Part shown: positions 33,861 to 59,044 of the stretch, in pieces | Layout of the letters: each line of letters starts with the position of its first letter | Numbering within the stretch: position 1 is the stretch's first letter | Source: the human T2T-CHM13v2.0 reference genome, Homo sapiens | Assembly (NCBI RefSeq): GCF_009914755.1 | Contig: NC_060940.1 | DNA length: 64,000 nt | Reading direction: 5' to 3' (one strand) | Position numbers and translations under genes: made by a program | Notes under the pieces: generated by a model | What the model saw: the letters and a program-made list of their open reading frames with translations, nothing else | The model's database searches: none | What the model was told of the DNA's origin: nothing

Positions 33861-34730
33861 AGATAGCCTTCCCTCTCAGTGAGGAGGGCAGGGTAAGGAG
33901 GGAACGATTAGGAGTTGCACAACCATCTGGGCTCGCTGAGACCTGGGCAGGCACAGGCCCAGGTTCTGACAAGCAGAGGGTGAAAGGTTTCGTTCTAGGC
34001 CTGAAGGGCCTTACAGGGCAGCCAGGGCACTACAGCCTCTAAAGTCCCAGCATCTGGGATCAGGGCACTGTCCCAGCTTCAAATTCCCAGCATCTGATCC
34101 CCTGGGAGGGGCCAGGGAGCTTTTCCTTCCCTGGAACGCTGCTGGGAGGTCATGAGCCTGCAGAAGGGGTGGCGGGCAACCCAGTCTGGGGCTGGGAGGG
34201 AGGTCCTGTGGCCAGAGGAGACGGTGGAGGGGCTGGGGGCACCAGGCGTGCTGGAGGCGGAGGGCGGGAGATTTGGGGACCAGGCTGCACAGAACCCGTC
34301 GGAAGCAGGGCGATCAGCCGGGAGCTGCAGAGGCCTGGGGGGCCTCTAGCCCAGGGCAGCCTGGGAGGGGCAGCTGCCTGGGCACCCGGGCCCCGCGAGG
34401 AGGGGCTGGGGCCTGCTGCGGGGTCGCAGATGTGTCCCGGTGCTCGGAGAGGGCCGCAGGGCGCGTGGGCCGTGGGCGGGAGGCCGCGCTGCTGGGAGCT
34501 CACGGCCCCCGCCCCCCGTCCCAGGCTCTTCCTCAGCCACCCGCAGACCAAGACCTACTTCCCGCACTTCGACCTGCACCCGGGGTCCGCGCAGTTGCGC
34601 GCGCACGGCTCCAAGGTGGTGGCCGCCGTGGGCGACGCGGTGAAGAGCATCGACGACATCGGCGGCGCCCTGTCCAAGCTGAGCGAGCTGCACGCCTACA
34701 TCCTGCGCGTGGACCCGGTCAACTTCAAGG

Positions 34731-35020
34731 TGCGCGGGGCGCGGTGCGGGCGGGGCGGGGCGGGGCCGCGGGGCGGGGCGGGGCCGCGGGGCGGGGTCGC
34801 GGGGCGGGGCGGGGTGGGGTCGCGGGGCGGGGCGAGGTCGCGGGGCGGGGCGGGGCGGGGCGGGCGGGGCGGGCCGGGGGTCCCGGCGGGGCGGGGCGGG
34901 GCGGGGAGGGGCTGGGCGGGGCGGGGTCGCGGGGCGGGGCGGGCCGGGCCGGGGCGGGGTCGCGGGGCGGGGTCGCGGGGCGGGGCGGGGCGGGGTGGGG
35001 TCGCGGGGCGGGGCCCGGGG
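34731..35020. repeat. Pseudo-zeta intron 2 G-rich VNTR ((CGGGG)n / CGCGGGGCGGGG)
   Basis: Seen directly; longer and more interrupted than the HBZ copy. Confidence 0.95.
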
Positions 35021-35939
35021 CTAGGCCCCGCCCCCGCACTGAGCCGCCCCCGCCCCCAGCTCCTGTCCCACTGCCTGCTGGTCACCCTGGCCGCGCGCTT
35101 CCCCGCCGACTTCACGGCCGAGGCCCACGCCGCCTGGGCCAAGTTCCTATCGGTCGTATCCTCTGTCCTGACCGAGAAGTACCGCTGAGCGCCGCCTCCG
35201 GGACCCCCAGGACAGGCTGCGGCCCCTCCCCTGCCCTTCACCCTCCCACAGTTCCTGCCCTGACTCCAATAAATGGATGAGGACGGAGCGATCTGGGCTC
35301 TGTGTTCTCAGTATTGGAGGGAAGGAGGGGAGAAGCTGAGTGATGGGTCCGGGGGCTTCGCAGGAACTCGGTCGTCCCCACTGTCGTCGCGGCCTGGGGT
35401 TCACTTGGGGGGCGCCTTGGGGAGGTTCTAGCCCCTGAGCACCGGAGCTGCGGCCCGGGTGGAGCGGAGCAGTCCCGGGCCGGCCCGCGGCGTCTCCTGG
35501 GGTCCTTGAGTCGGACGGGCGTTTGTGCGTCTCCCGGCTTCCCATATCGCACAAAGATTGTCACTTCACTAAGCGTATTGGAAGCGTGTCGGGGCTCAGG
35601 GAACTTTTCCACAAAGCCTGACGTCCGAATCCCGGGACTCTGGCAGCTACGGGGGTCCCTGAGGCCGGTCCCTCCCCGACTCCTAAGAGAGTAGGGGGTT
35701 TCCTGCCCGGTGTTCTCTCTCCGGTTCCTCCCATGTGCTCCCTCCTGGCAGAGCAGTAACTTTACCCGAGGGGAGTAAACAGATGCCCCTAAAGTCTGCA
35801 GTAAAGGTGCCCACGCGCAACGGCGTGGGTCAATGCCAGAAACCCTGGGATCCCGGAGGTCGAGGCCTCCACACAGACGGGAACCCGGGCTGGTTACGTT
35901 CCCCGGCGCAGGCCGAGGGTCCCCGCGTTCCCGCCGCGC

Positions 35940-36029
35940 TCGGGCCGATAAGGACGGGCGGGGTGCCCGGAGGCTCTATAAGGAGGCCAGGGCGGCGGGC
36001 GCGGCCCCCAGAGCACGTCAGGCGGCGCC
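35940..36029 (+). promoter_or_regulatory. HBM: HBM promoter and 5' UTR
   Basis: GATAAG at 35947-35952, GC box gggcgggg and TATAAG at 35977-35982. No proximal CCAAT box. Confidence 0.75.
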
Positions 36030-36741
36030 ATGCTCAGCGCCCAGGAGCGCGCCCAAATCGCGCAGGTCTGGGACCTGATTGCGGGCCACGAGGCGCAATT
36101 CGGGGCGGAGCTGCTGCTCAGGTCGGTAGAGGCGGGGTCTCCGGGAGCTCAGGGAGGTGGAGATGAGGGTTTTGGGCGCGTGGGCCGCCAACGCCATCCA
36201 AGGTCCTTCGGGTGCGGATCCCCGGGGCTCTGGGCGGTGTGGGCGCTAGTGAAGCCCCACGCAGCCGCCCTCCTCCCCGGTCACTGACCTGGTCCTGCAG
36301 GCTCTTCACGGTGTACCCCAGCACCAAGGTCTACTTCCCGCACCTGAGCGCCTGCCAGGACGCGACGCAGCTGCTGAGCCACGGGCAGCGCATGCTGGCG
36401 GCTGTGGGCGCGGCGGTGCAGCACGTGGACAACCTGCGCGCCGCGCTGAGCCCGCTGGCGGACCTGCACGCGCTCGTGCTGCGCGTGGACCCAGCCAACT
36501 TTCCGGTGAGGCCTTTCCGGCCGGGGCAATGGTGCAGCGCGCAGCCGGGGTGGGGGGGCTCTGGGGGTCCCTAGCGGGGCAGACCCCGTCTCACCGGCCC
36601 CTTCTCCTGCAGCTGCTAATCCAGTGTTTCCACGTCGTGCTGGCCTCCCACCTGCAGGACGAGTTCACCGTGCAAATGCAAGCGGCGTGGGACAAGTTCC
36701 TGACTGGTGTGGCCGTGGTGCTGACCGAAAAATACCGCTGA
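36030..36741 (+). CDS. HBM: Hemoglobin subunit mu; exons 36030-36121, 36301-36505, 36613-36741
   Basis: Spliced translation [20 protein letters not shown]...VLTEKYR (141 aa), GT-AG introns and AATAAA at 36777-36782. Confidence 0.97.
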
Positions 36742-37882
36742 GCCCTGTGCTGCGCAGGCCTTGGTCTGTGCCTGTCAATAAACAGAGGCCCGAACCATCT
36801 GCCCCTGCCTGTGTGGTCTTTGGGGAGCTAGCAAAGCGAGGTCACTATTGTTGGCCAGTGAAGCTCAGGGACCTAAAAGGAGCCTCCTAGAACTCTCAAA
36901 TGCGCCCCACCCCCGGAGGTTTGTCCTCCCATGGCGAGGAGTGCGATGGGGCAGAGGGAGCACTGTGATGTGGCGGGGGTAGGGAGGGTGGCCTTCGACT
37001 TCAACCCTTGAATCGGGCTTCCAACCATACTGTTCGCAAAGCACTTCCCCATTCACGCATTTATTCATTCATTCTCCCTCCATCCCCACTTCCTGCTGGG
37101 ACCTGTAGATGCTAATCCTGGCCCTTTTTGCAGAGAGATGCAGAAACTGAGGTCCCAGAGCCAAATGTGCAACCTAATTCGTTGGCCCAGAGCAGAGGGC
37201 TCCGCAGACCTGTTCCTTTCCCCTTCCTTCCCCCATGGACACTTCCTCAGTGGCAAACCTGCGCTAGCCTGGTTAGCCCTCCCTGTGACCCTGCAGCCCT
37301 GGGGATGAGGTCGGGAGGAAGTCCTCAGTGGCCACAATTTGGCAGACAGAGCAGGTTTAGTCTTCCAGCCTGCTCAATGACAAGCTGTGCGACCCTGGGC
37401 GTGTCCCAGAGCTCTCAGGCCTTTACCTATCGAATAGAAAAACAACGTCCAACTCACGAGATTTTTGAAATAATTTTTGAAATCATAACACAGGGTGGGT
37501 GCCTGCAGGGTCGTTGCCACCCCACCCCTCCACCCAGCCCCAGCTGCCGTGTCTCAATCTCTGCAGGTGCCCAGGCCAAGGCACTCCCTTCCCCAGGTTC
37601 CCTCTTCTCCCTCCCCAGGACTGGGAAGGGAATCTTAGGGCTCCACCCCAGGCTTTTCAGACAAAGAATAGGGGCTGAGGAAAGAGTGGGACCTTGGAGG
37701 TCTCCAAACCCTGAATAGGGTTGGCTCTGGGTTGGCCATCCTGGGTCTGTGTGGGGAGCACTGGACCAGGCCTGGCACCCAGGTCTGACCTGGCAGTCAG
37801 CAACGAGGTCTGAAGAGAGCTGCTGGAAGTGGAGCCCTGACTGTGAGTCGGCCAAACTCCCCCCAGCAGTCAGTGCCAGTGA

Positions 37883-38648
<766 letters not shown>

Positions 38649-38712
38649 TAAGAGCTCCTACTCTCCCCCACCTTTCACTTTTGAGCTTACACAGACTCAG
38701 AAATAAGCTGCC

Positions 38713-39377
38713 GTGGTGCTGTCTCCTGAGGACAAGGCTAACACCAAGGCGGTCTGGGAGAAAGTTGGCGACCACACTGCTGGCTATGCCACGGAGGCCC
38801 TGGAGAGGCAAGAACCCTCCTCTCCCTGCTCACACCTTGGGTCCAACGCCCACTCCAGGGCTCCACTGGCCACCCCTAACTATTCTTACCCTGGACCCAG
38901 CCCCCAGCCCCTCACTCTTTGCTTCCCCCTGAAGCATGTTCCTGACCTTCCTCTCACTTGGCCCTGAGTTATGGCTCAGCCCAGATCAAGAAACAATGCA
39001 AGTAGGTGGCCGACACGCTGACCAATGCCGTGGTCCACTTAGATGACATGCCCAATGATGTGTCTGAGCTGAGGAAGCTGCATGTCCACGAGCTGTGGGT
39101 GGACCCAGGCAACATCAGGGAGAGCTTTGGGCTGGGAGGAATCTAGGGTGTGGGGGCAGCTGGCCTTCCTCATAGGACAGACCCTCCCACGCGTTCAGGG
39201 AGGTGGAGCACAGGTGGCAGTAGTATCTGCATCCCCTGACTCTCTCTCCACAGTTCCTGGGTAAATGCCTGCTGGTGACCTAGGCCTGCCACACCCTTCC
39301 CAGTTTACCCATGTGGTGCCTCCATGGACAAATTATTTGCTTTTGTGAGTGCTGTGTTGACCTAAAAACACCATTAA
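38713..39377 (+). pseudogene. HBAP1: Alpha-globin pseudogene 1; exon equivalents 38713-38807, 38935-39119, 39254-39377
   Basis: GTG replaces ATG; donors are mutated to GC (38808) and GA (39120); exon 2 is 20 bp short; internal stops; polyA signal is AATGAA (39466-39471). CCAAT-to-ATA spacing is about 21 nt shorter than in HBA2. Confidence 0.97.
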
Positions 39378-39389
39378 GCTAGAGCATTG

Positions 39390-40845
<1,456 letters not shown>

Positions 40846-40861
40846 CTAAAATCTATCCATG

Positions 40862-40866
<5 letters not shown>

Positions 40867-40900
<34 letters not shown>
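40867..40900. repeat. (CA)n microsatellite
   Basis: Seen directly. Confidence 0.95.
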
Positions 40901-40907
<7 letters not shown>

Positions 40908-41121
40908 TGTGTTACTTAAAGTAGGAGAGTGTCTCTCTTTCCTGTCTCCTCACACCCACCCCCAGAAGAGACCAAAATGAAGGGTTTGGAACTCAGCCCA
41001 TGGGCCCCATCCCATGCTGAGGGAACACAGCTACATCTACAACTACTGCCACAGGCTCTCTTTTTGGACAAAAATACCATCATACTGTAGATACCCGTGT
41101 ACAACTTCCTATTCTCAGTGA

Positions 41122-42027
<906 letters not shown>

Positions 42028-42230
42028 AGTTTGTTTATCTGTTTACAACCAGTATTTACCTAGCAAGTCTTCCATCAGATAGCATTTGGAGAGCTGGGGG
42101 TGTCACAGTGAACCACGACCTCTAGGCCAGTGGGAGAGTCAGTCACACAAACTGTGAGTCCATGACTTGGGGCTTAGCCAGTACCCACCACCCCACGCGC
42201 CACCCCACAACCCCGGGTAGAGGAGTCTGA

Positions 42231-45090
<2,860 letters not shown>

Positions 45091-46035
45091 GCCCCCACAT
45101 CTTATCTTTTTTTTTTCCTTCAGGCTGTGGGCAGAGTCAGAAGAGGGTGGCAGACAGGGAGGGGAAATGAGAAGATCCAACGGGGGAAGCATTGCTAAGC
45201 TGGTCGGAGCTACTTCCTTCTCTGCCCAAGGCAGCTTACCCTGGCTTGCTCCTGGACACCCAGGGCAGGGCCTGAGTAAGGGCCTGGGGAGACAGGGCAG
45301 GGAGCAGGCTGAAGGGTGCTGACCTGATGCACTCCTCAAAGCAAGATCTTCTGCCAGACCCCCAGGAAATGACTTATCAGTGATTTCTCAGGCTGTTTTC
45401 TCCTCAGTACCATCCCCCCAAAAAACATCACTTTTCATGCACAGGGATGCACCCACTGGCACTCCTGCACCTCCCACCCTTCCCCAGAAGTCCACCCCTT
45501 CCTTCCTCACCCTGCAGGAGCTGGCCAGCCTCATCACCCCAACATCTCCCCACCTCCATTCTCCAACCACAGGGCCCTTGTCTCCTCTGTCCTTTCCCCT
45601 CCCCGAGCCAAGCCTCCTCCCTCCTCCACCTCCTCCACCTAATACATATCCTTAAGTCTCACCTCCTCCAGGAAGCCCTCAGACTAACCCTGGTCCCCTT
45701 GAATGCCTCGTCCACACCTCCAGACTTCCTCAGGGCCTGTGATGAGGTCTGCACCTCTGTGTGTACTTGTGTGATGGTTAGAGGACTGCCTACCTCCCAG
45801 AGGAGGTTGAATGCTCCAGCCGGTTCCAGCTATTGCTTTGTTTACCTGTTTAACCAGTATTTACCTAGCAAGTCTTCCATCAGATAGCATTTGGAGAGCT
45901 GGGGGTGTCACAGTGAACCACGACCTCTAGGCCAGTGGGAGAGTCAGTCACACAAACTGTGAGTCCATGACTTGGGGCTTAGCCAGCACCCACCACCCCA
46001 CGCGCCACCCCACAACCCCGGGTAGAGGAGTCTGA

Positions 46036-47453
<1,418 letters not shown>

Positions 47454-48595
47454 GCTGGAGCCTCGGTGGCCATGCTTCTTGCCCCTTGGGCCTCCCCCCA
47501 GCCCCTCCTCCCCTTCCTGCACCCGTACCCCCGTGGTCTTTGAATAAAGTCTGAGTGGGCGGCAGCCTGTGTGTGCCTGAGTTTTTTCCCTCAGCAAACG
47601 TGCCAGGCATGGGCGTGGACAGCAGCTGGGACACACATGGCTAGAACCTCTCTGCAGCTGGATAGGGTAGGAAAAGGCAGGGGCGGGAGGAGGGGATGGA
47701 GGAGGGAAAGTGGAGCCACCGCGAAGTCCAGCTGGAAAAACGCTGGACCCTAGAGTGCTTTGAGGATGCATTTGCTCTTTCCCGAGTTTTATTCCCAGAC
47801 TTTTCAGATTCAATGCAGGTTTGCTGAAATAATGAATTTATCCATCTTTACGTTTCTGGGCACTCTTGTGCCAAGAACTGGCTGGCTTTCTGCCTGGGAC
47901 GTCACTGGTTTCCCAGAGGTCCTCCCACATATGGGTGGTGGGTAGGTCAGAGAAGTCCCACTCCAGCATGGCTGCATTGATCCCCCATCGTTCCCACTAG
48001 TCTCCGTAAAACCTCCCAGATACAGGCACAGTCTAGATGAAATCAGGGGTGCGGGGTGCAACTGCAGGCCCCAGGCAATTCAATAGGGGCTCTACTTTCA
48101 CCCCCAGGTCACCCCAGAATGCTCACACACCAGACACTGACGCCCTGGGGCTGTCAAGATCAGGCGTTTGTCTCTGGGCCCAGCTCAGGGCCCAGCTCAG
48201 CACCCACTCAGCTCCCCTGAGGCTGGGGAGCCTGTCCCATTGCGACTGGAGAGGAGAGCGGGGCCACAGAGGCCTGGCTAGAAGGTCCCTTCTCCCTGGT
48301 GTGTGTTTTCTCTCTGCTGAGCAGGCTTGCAGTGCCTGGGGTATCAGAGGGAGGGTTCCCGGAGCTGGTAGCCATAAAGCCCTGGCCCTCAACTGATAGG
48401 AATATCTTTTATTCCCTGAGCCCATGAATCACCCTTGGTAAACACCTATGGCAGGCCCTCTGCCTGCGTTTGTGATGTCCTTCCCGCAGCCTGTGGGTAC
48501 AGTATCAACTGTCAGGAAGACGGTGTCTTCGTTATTTCATCAGGAAGAATGGAGGTCTGACCTAAAGGTAGAAATATGTCAAATGTACAGCAGAG

Positions 48596-48695
48596 GGCTG
48601 GTTGGAGTGCAGCGCTTTTTACAATTAATTGATCAGAACCAGTTATAAATTTATCATTTCCTTCTCCACTCCTGCTGCTTCAGTTGACTAAGCCT
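48596..48695 (+). pseudogene. Y3 (Ro-associated) RNA retropseudogene
   Basis: ggctggttggagtgcagcgctttttacaattaattgatcagaaccagttata...ttccttctccactcctgctgcttcagttgactaagcct aligns end to end with the recalled hY3 sequence and is followed by an A-rich tail. Confidence 0.88.
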
Positions 48696-48715
48696 AAGAA
48701 AAAATTATAAAAATT

Positions 48716-49720
<1,005 letters not shown>

Positions 49721-50018
49721 AAAAGATATAAGGGGTACAGCAGAGTGAGTGCTGCATATGCATTTACTATTATTCTTGGGTTACATCCCAGGTACTCAAT
49801 AAATGTTCACTGCCCTGAAGAAACACCTGCTACGAGTCAGGCACCTCACAGTTGTTATCCGTTTAATTCTCACAATCTGAGAAGAAACTGTCACCCTCAT
49901 TTTATATAATAAATGAGAAAACAGACTCGGGCAAGTGTCACAATAGAATCAAGAGGCAGAATAAACTGACTTCCAATGCCAAATCCATGCCGAAATTCAG
50001 TGCTATAATAATGTACAT

Positions 50019-50296
<278 letters not shown>

Positions 50297-50445
50297 TAAA
50301 TACCATATAGTGAACACCTAAGACGGGGGGCCTTGGATCCAGGGCGATTCAGAGGGCCCCGGTCGGAGCTGTCGGAGATTGAGCGCGCGCGGTCCCGGGA
50401 TCTCCGACGAGGCCCTGGACCCCCGGGCGGCGAAGCTGCGGCGCG

Positions 50446-50459
50446 GCGCCCCCTGGAGG
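50446..50459 (-). promoter_or_regulatory. CTCF core motif upstream of the HBQ1 start codon
   Basis: Minus strand reads CCTCCAGGGGGCGC, close to consensus CCASYAGRKGGCRS. Confidence 0.7.
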
Positions 50460-50528
50460 CCGCGGGACCCCTGGCCGGTCCGCGCAGGCGCAGCGGGGTC
50501 GCAGGGCGCGGCGGGTTCCAGCGCGGGG

Positions 50529-51150
50529 ATGGCGCTGTCCGCGGAGGACCGGGCGCTGGTGCGCGCCCTGTGGAAGAAGCTGGGCAGCAACGTCGGCGTC
50601 TACACGACAGAGGCCCTGGAAAGGTGCGGCAGGCTGGGCGCCCCCGCCCCCAGGGGCCCTCCCTCCCCAAGCCCCCCGGACGCGCCTCACCCACGTTCCT
50701 CTCGCAGGACCTTCCTGGCTTTCCCCGCCACGAAGACCTACTTCTCCCACCTGGACCTGAGCCCCGGCTCCTCACAAGTCAGAGCCCACGGCCAGAAGGT
50801 GGCGGACGCGCTGAGCCTCGCCGTGGAGCGCCTGGACGACCTACCCCACGCGCTGTCCGCGCTGAGCCACCTGCACGCGTGCCAGCTGCGAGTGGACCCG
50901 GCCAGCTTCCAGGTGAGCGGCTGCCGTGCTGGGCCCCTGTCCCCGGGAGGGCCCCGGCGGGGTGGGTGCGGGGGGCGTGCGGGGCGGGTGCAGGCGAGTG
51001 AGCCTTGAGCGCTCGCCGCAGCTCCTGGGCCACTGCCTGCTGGTAACCCTCGCCCGGCACTACCCCGGAGACTTCAGCCCCGCGCTGCAGGCGTCGCTGG
51101 ACAAGTTCCTGAGCCACGTTATCTCGGCGCTGGTTTCCGAGTACCGCTGA
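50529..51150 (+). CDS. HBQ1: Hemoglobin subunit theta 1; exons 50529-50623, 50708-50912, 51022-51150
   Basis: Spliced translation [17 protein letters not shown]...LVSEYR (142 aa), GT-AG introns and variant polyA signal AGTAAA at 51200-51205. Confidence 0.98.
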
Positions 51151-52023
51151 ACTGTGGGTGGGTGGCCGCGGGATCCCCAGGCGACCTTCCCCGTGTTTGA
51201 GTAAAGCCTCTCCCAGGAGCAGCCTTCTTGCCGTGCTCTCTCGAGGTCAGGACGCGAGAGGAAGGCGCCGCCCCTCCCCAAGGAAAGGCGAGGGCCTGGG
51301 GCACACCCCCAGTGCCCAGATCCAGGCGCGCCTCTTTCCACCTCCAGCAGGTTTGGGGCCTCGGCCATGGGGGCACCGAACTGCGTGCAGCCTGACCCTC
51401 CCGAATGGGGTGGTAGGTGAGGGCCGCGGGACGCCCCGGGCGGCGGGCTGCGAGGACGGCCGACTCTGCCCATCCCGAGGGCGGCTGGCTTCGCCCTCCC
51501 CACTCTGCGCCGAGCACGCGGCCCGGACCCACCGCGAGAACTCCGCACCTGCAGCGTGAACGCACGCGGGCGGCGTTAAGGGCCCGGGGCTGACTCGGAG
51601 CAGGTTAGGGAACAGCGCCCCCTCCCGGCGCGAGCCGGTACCTGCGCAGCACCCAGCCGCCGCGGCTGTGGCCTGGAATCGGGGACCTGGGGTGCCGGGG
51701 GGTTGTGGTGAAGGAGGTGGGACCAGCCCCAGCACCTAGCCACGTAGCTGGCGAGGTGGACCAGGAACCGACCCAGACCCCTGCCGTCACCCGACATCAC
51801 TACGGAGAGTGAAGCTTTTTTATATTTGTCCACATAAAACCAATCATGGTCATTGTAGAACTTCCGAAAACAAGGCTTGCTGCACCTTCCTGTGTATCCC
51901 AGGTCCAGGAATGGGTGCAGCACATCCTTCAGCTGCCGCTTGACACGCGGCAAACTGTGTCATGTGTAAACAAGAACAGGACATGGCTGTCATATCCAAG
52001 AGCACATGTGTAACACAGACATG

Positions 52024-52025
<2 letters not shown>

Positions 52026-52063
<38 letters not shown>
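52026..52063. repeat. (CA)n microsatellite
   Basis: Seen directly. Confidence 0.95.
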
Positions 52064-52065
<2 letters not shown>

Positions 52066-52191
52066 GGTAGAGGCAGGCCTCATCCACACCCCTAACATTT
52101 GATGCGTAGCTGTTCCAGTCTTCTAGGCACATGTAGAGATGCTTTTCCTCAGAAATGGTATTCTCAAGGTGACACTGAGGAAAAGTGGACA

Positions 52192-55451
<3,260 letters not shown>

Positions 55452-56364
55452 TTTTTTTTTAATCGCCAAATGTTCTGGAGAGGCCCCCTTCTCTTCTGTT
55501 CTCCTGCAGTCTGGGCTGCAGGCCAAGGTGGTCCCTGTGGGTGGAGACAAGGGCCGGTTCCACCTGACACTACAGACCCCTTCACATGGGAGGGATACAC
55601 TTCCAGACCCATATATCTCCGAGTAGCCATCTTTGGCGAGATTTACTGGTACTGCAGTGGAAAGGAAGGACTCGCTGTACTGGGTGAAAAAAGTGAAAAC
55701 ATGGGACTCCTATCGCAGACTCTGACAGCAGAACCTGGTGTGGGTTATTTGGGAGGAGGGAGGGAGGAGGGAGAAAGGAAGAGCTGTTGTGGGTGCTATC
55801 AGCGAAACTGCACCGGGGGCATGAAGCTCAGTTTGGTCAGCACCACCTGGCAGGTGTACCAAAAGCCCACCCGACTGTCCCTGCACGGTAGAGAGGCAGG
55901 AGCGCCTCTCCCTGCACGGATGGTGCTCCGGAGGCTACCAGGGGCGGCCGAGGACACTGATGCTGCATCCCAGGAGGACCTGTCCTTCAGCTGTAATCAG
56001 CAGACACGGGGGACAGGATGGCCAGGGGCACAGCACCTTTTCTGTAAACCCCACACCCTGACCCCCCCCACCCAAAAAAGCAAAAAACAACTATTTGTCT
56101 ACACATACAATTTTATGCCCAGATGGAAAAAGATCCAAATGATTCACAGTGGTGATGGCTCTGAGGGTGACGCTGTCTGCTTAAGGCCCAGGGAAACCCA
56201 GGTGCAAACTCACACTCATCACCCAGGCAGCCACAGCCATGAACACAACGTGGGCTTGGGAACAGGGAGCCCAGACCCAACCACTCCCTCCTAGAAGACG
56301 AAGAGGAAAGCACATGTGCTGAACAAGTACCCTGAGTCCCACCTGCAGGAAAAGGTGCAGGTAA

Positions 56365-57135
56365 GGAATACGGACACGGGAGGAATACGGACACGGGAGG
56401 AACAGCGACACGGGGGAGGAACAGCGACACGGGGGGAACAGCGACACGGGGGGAACAGCGACACGGGGGGAACAGCGACACGGGGGAGGAACAGCGACAC
56501 GGGGAGGAACAGCGACACGGAGGGAACAGCGACACGGGGAGGAACAGCGACACGGGGGGAACAGCGACACGGGGGGAACAGCGACACGGGGGGAACAGCG
56601 ACACGGGGGGAACAGCGACACGGGGGAGGAACAGCGACACGGGGGAGGAACAGCGACACGGGGGGAACAGCGACACGGGGGGAACAGCGACACGGGGGGA
56701 ACAGCGACACGGGGGGAACAGCGACACGGGGGGAACAGCGACACGGGGGAGGAACAGCGACACGGGGGAGGAACAGCGACACGGAGGGAACAGCGACACG
56801 GAGGGAACAGCGACACGGAGGGAACAGCGACACGGGAGGAACAGCGACACGGGGGGAACAGCGACACGGGGGGAACAGCGACACGGGGGAGGAACAGCGA
56901 CACGGAGGGAACAGCGACACGGAGGGAACAGCGACACGGGAGGAACAGCGACACGGGGGGAACAGCGACACGGGAGGGAGGAACAGCGACACGGGAGGGA
57001 GGAACAGCGACACGGGAGGGAGGAACAGCGACACGGGGGGAACAGCGACACAGGAGGAACAGCAACACGGGGGGAACAGCGACACGGGGGGAATACCAAC
57101 ACGGGAGGAACAGCAACACGCAGGGAATATCGACA
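56365..57135. repeat. Alpha-globin 3' hypervariable region (17-bp unit aacagcgacacgggggg, about 40 units with 17-21 bp variants)
   Basis: Tandem array seen directly; unit and position match the known 3'HVR. Confidence 0.97.
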
Positions 57136-57579
57136 TGGGTGATGCCTGCAAAGCACAGCATCAATCCCAAGTGACTCCTGTACAGGGCGGCCCCTTCCAC
57201 CCTCCTTTCCTTGGAGACAGTTGGCTGGGCTAGACCTGTGTCACGGGCTGGCAGAGCAGCCCACCTACCCATCTGTCCTCCTGGAGGGGACAGCCTGTGG
57301 CAGGAGAGCCCAGAGCAAGGCCACCAGCTACACTGTGATACCGGTGGCAGAAAGACCCAGACCACAGCGCCCGTGTGCGCCCACTGAGCCAGCCAGCTCA
57401 AGGGTGGCATGTGTACCCCTGCAGAAACAGAGCGGATGAGGATGGCTATGTGTTAACAATGTGAACCTCAGGAATTCCCTCCAAAAAATCTCCCACGAAG
57501 TGAAAAAGGGAAGGAGCTCCCATCATCTACACATTAGTTAGCAGTTATCCTTTTCAGAAGGGCTTCATTTTGGGTTTTT

Positions 57580-58442
<863 letters not shown>

Positions 58443-58854
58443 CCATGGGTCTTTGTTTTCTGCTAGTAACTTCAAAAGGGGACATGCAGTGTAACTCACC
58501 TGAGTCCCAAGTTAAGGCTATGGTAGCAGCTGAGCAGACAAGACAGCTTTTCCTAAATAAATGAATGCAGAATGGGGACCCCTCCCTCCTCCCCATGGGA
58601 GATGGGCAGCTCAGACACTCAGAAGGTTGTGTGGGAGCGAGCAAACAAACACCCATGCACACCTGGGTCCCGTCAGTCAGATGCAGGGGACAGGAAGTGC
58701 CCTGCCATCTACTGGATGCCAGAAGACAAGACGTGACCCACGAGTAAGTCACGGTTTCTGTGAGGTGCTGGTGGCACTGGCACAGGGTCACAGTGAAAAG
58801 CCTCTACGCAGAGGACAGCAGAAACCCCCCGCAGCCTCAGGAGGCAGCATCAGA

Positions 58855-58864
58855 TTTATTTATT
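58855..58864 (-). terminator. LUC7L: LUC7L polyadenylation signal (overlapping AATAAATAAA)
   Basis: tttatttatt on the + strand, about 180 nt past the LUC7L stop codon. Confidence 0.8.
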
Positions 58865-59044
58865 CCTACTCAACATGACCCGGGAACACAGGAGCAACTC
58901 TGTACACTTCTAGAAACTCACAGCTAGCTCCAAAACAATAGAAATTTTAAACTACAAAAGATGAGTTGTATTCAGCAAATATAAAGGGTAATTTTAGACT
59001 GTGTGAACGTTTATCAGACTATTTACAGCACCCGGGAGACGGGT

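Larger units (their letters stand above)
33164..35188 (+). pseudogene. HBZP1: Zeta-globin pseudogene; exon equivalents 33164-33258, 34525-34729, 35060-35188
   Basis: Near-identical to HBZ, but codon 7 is GAG>TAG (33182-33184), codon 8 is AGG>GGG and WDKF becomes WAKF. Promoter boxes, splice sites and AATAAA (35268-35273) are intact. Confidence 0.98.

Noticed and set aside
56113-57410. Long ORFs across the 3'HVR on the minus strand
   Set aside because: Stop-free tandem repeat artefact.
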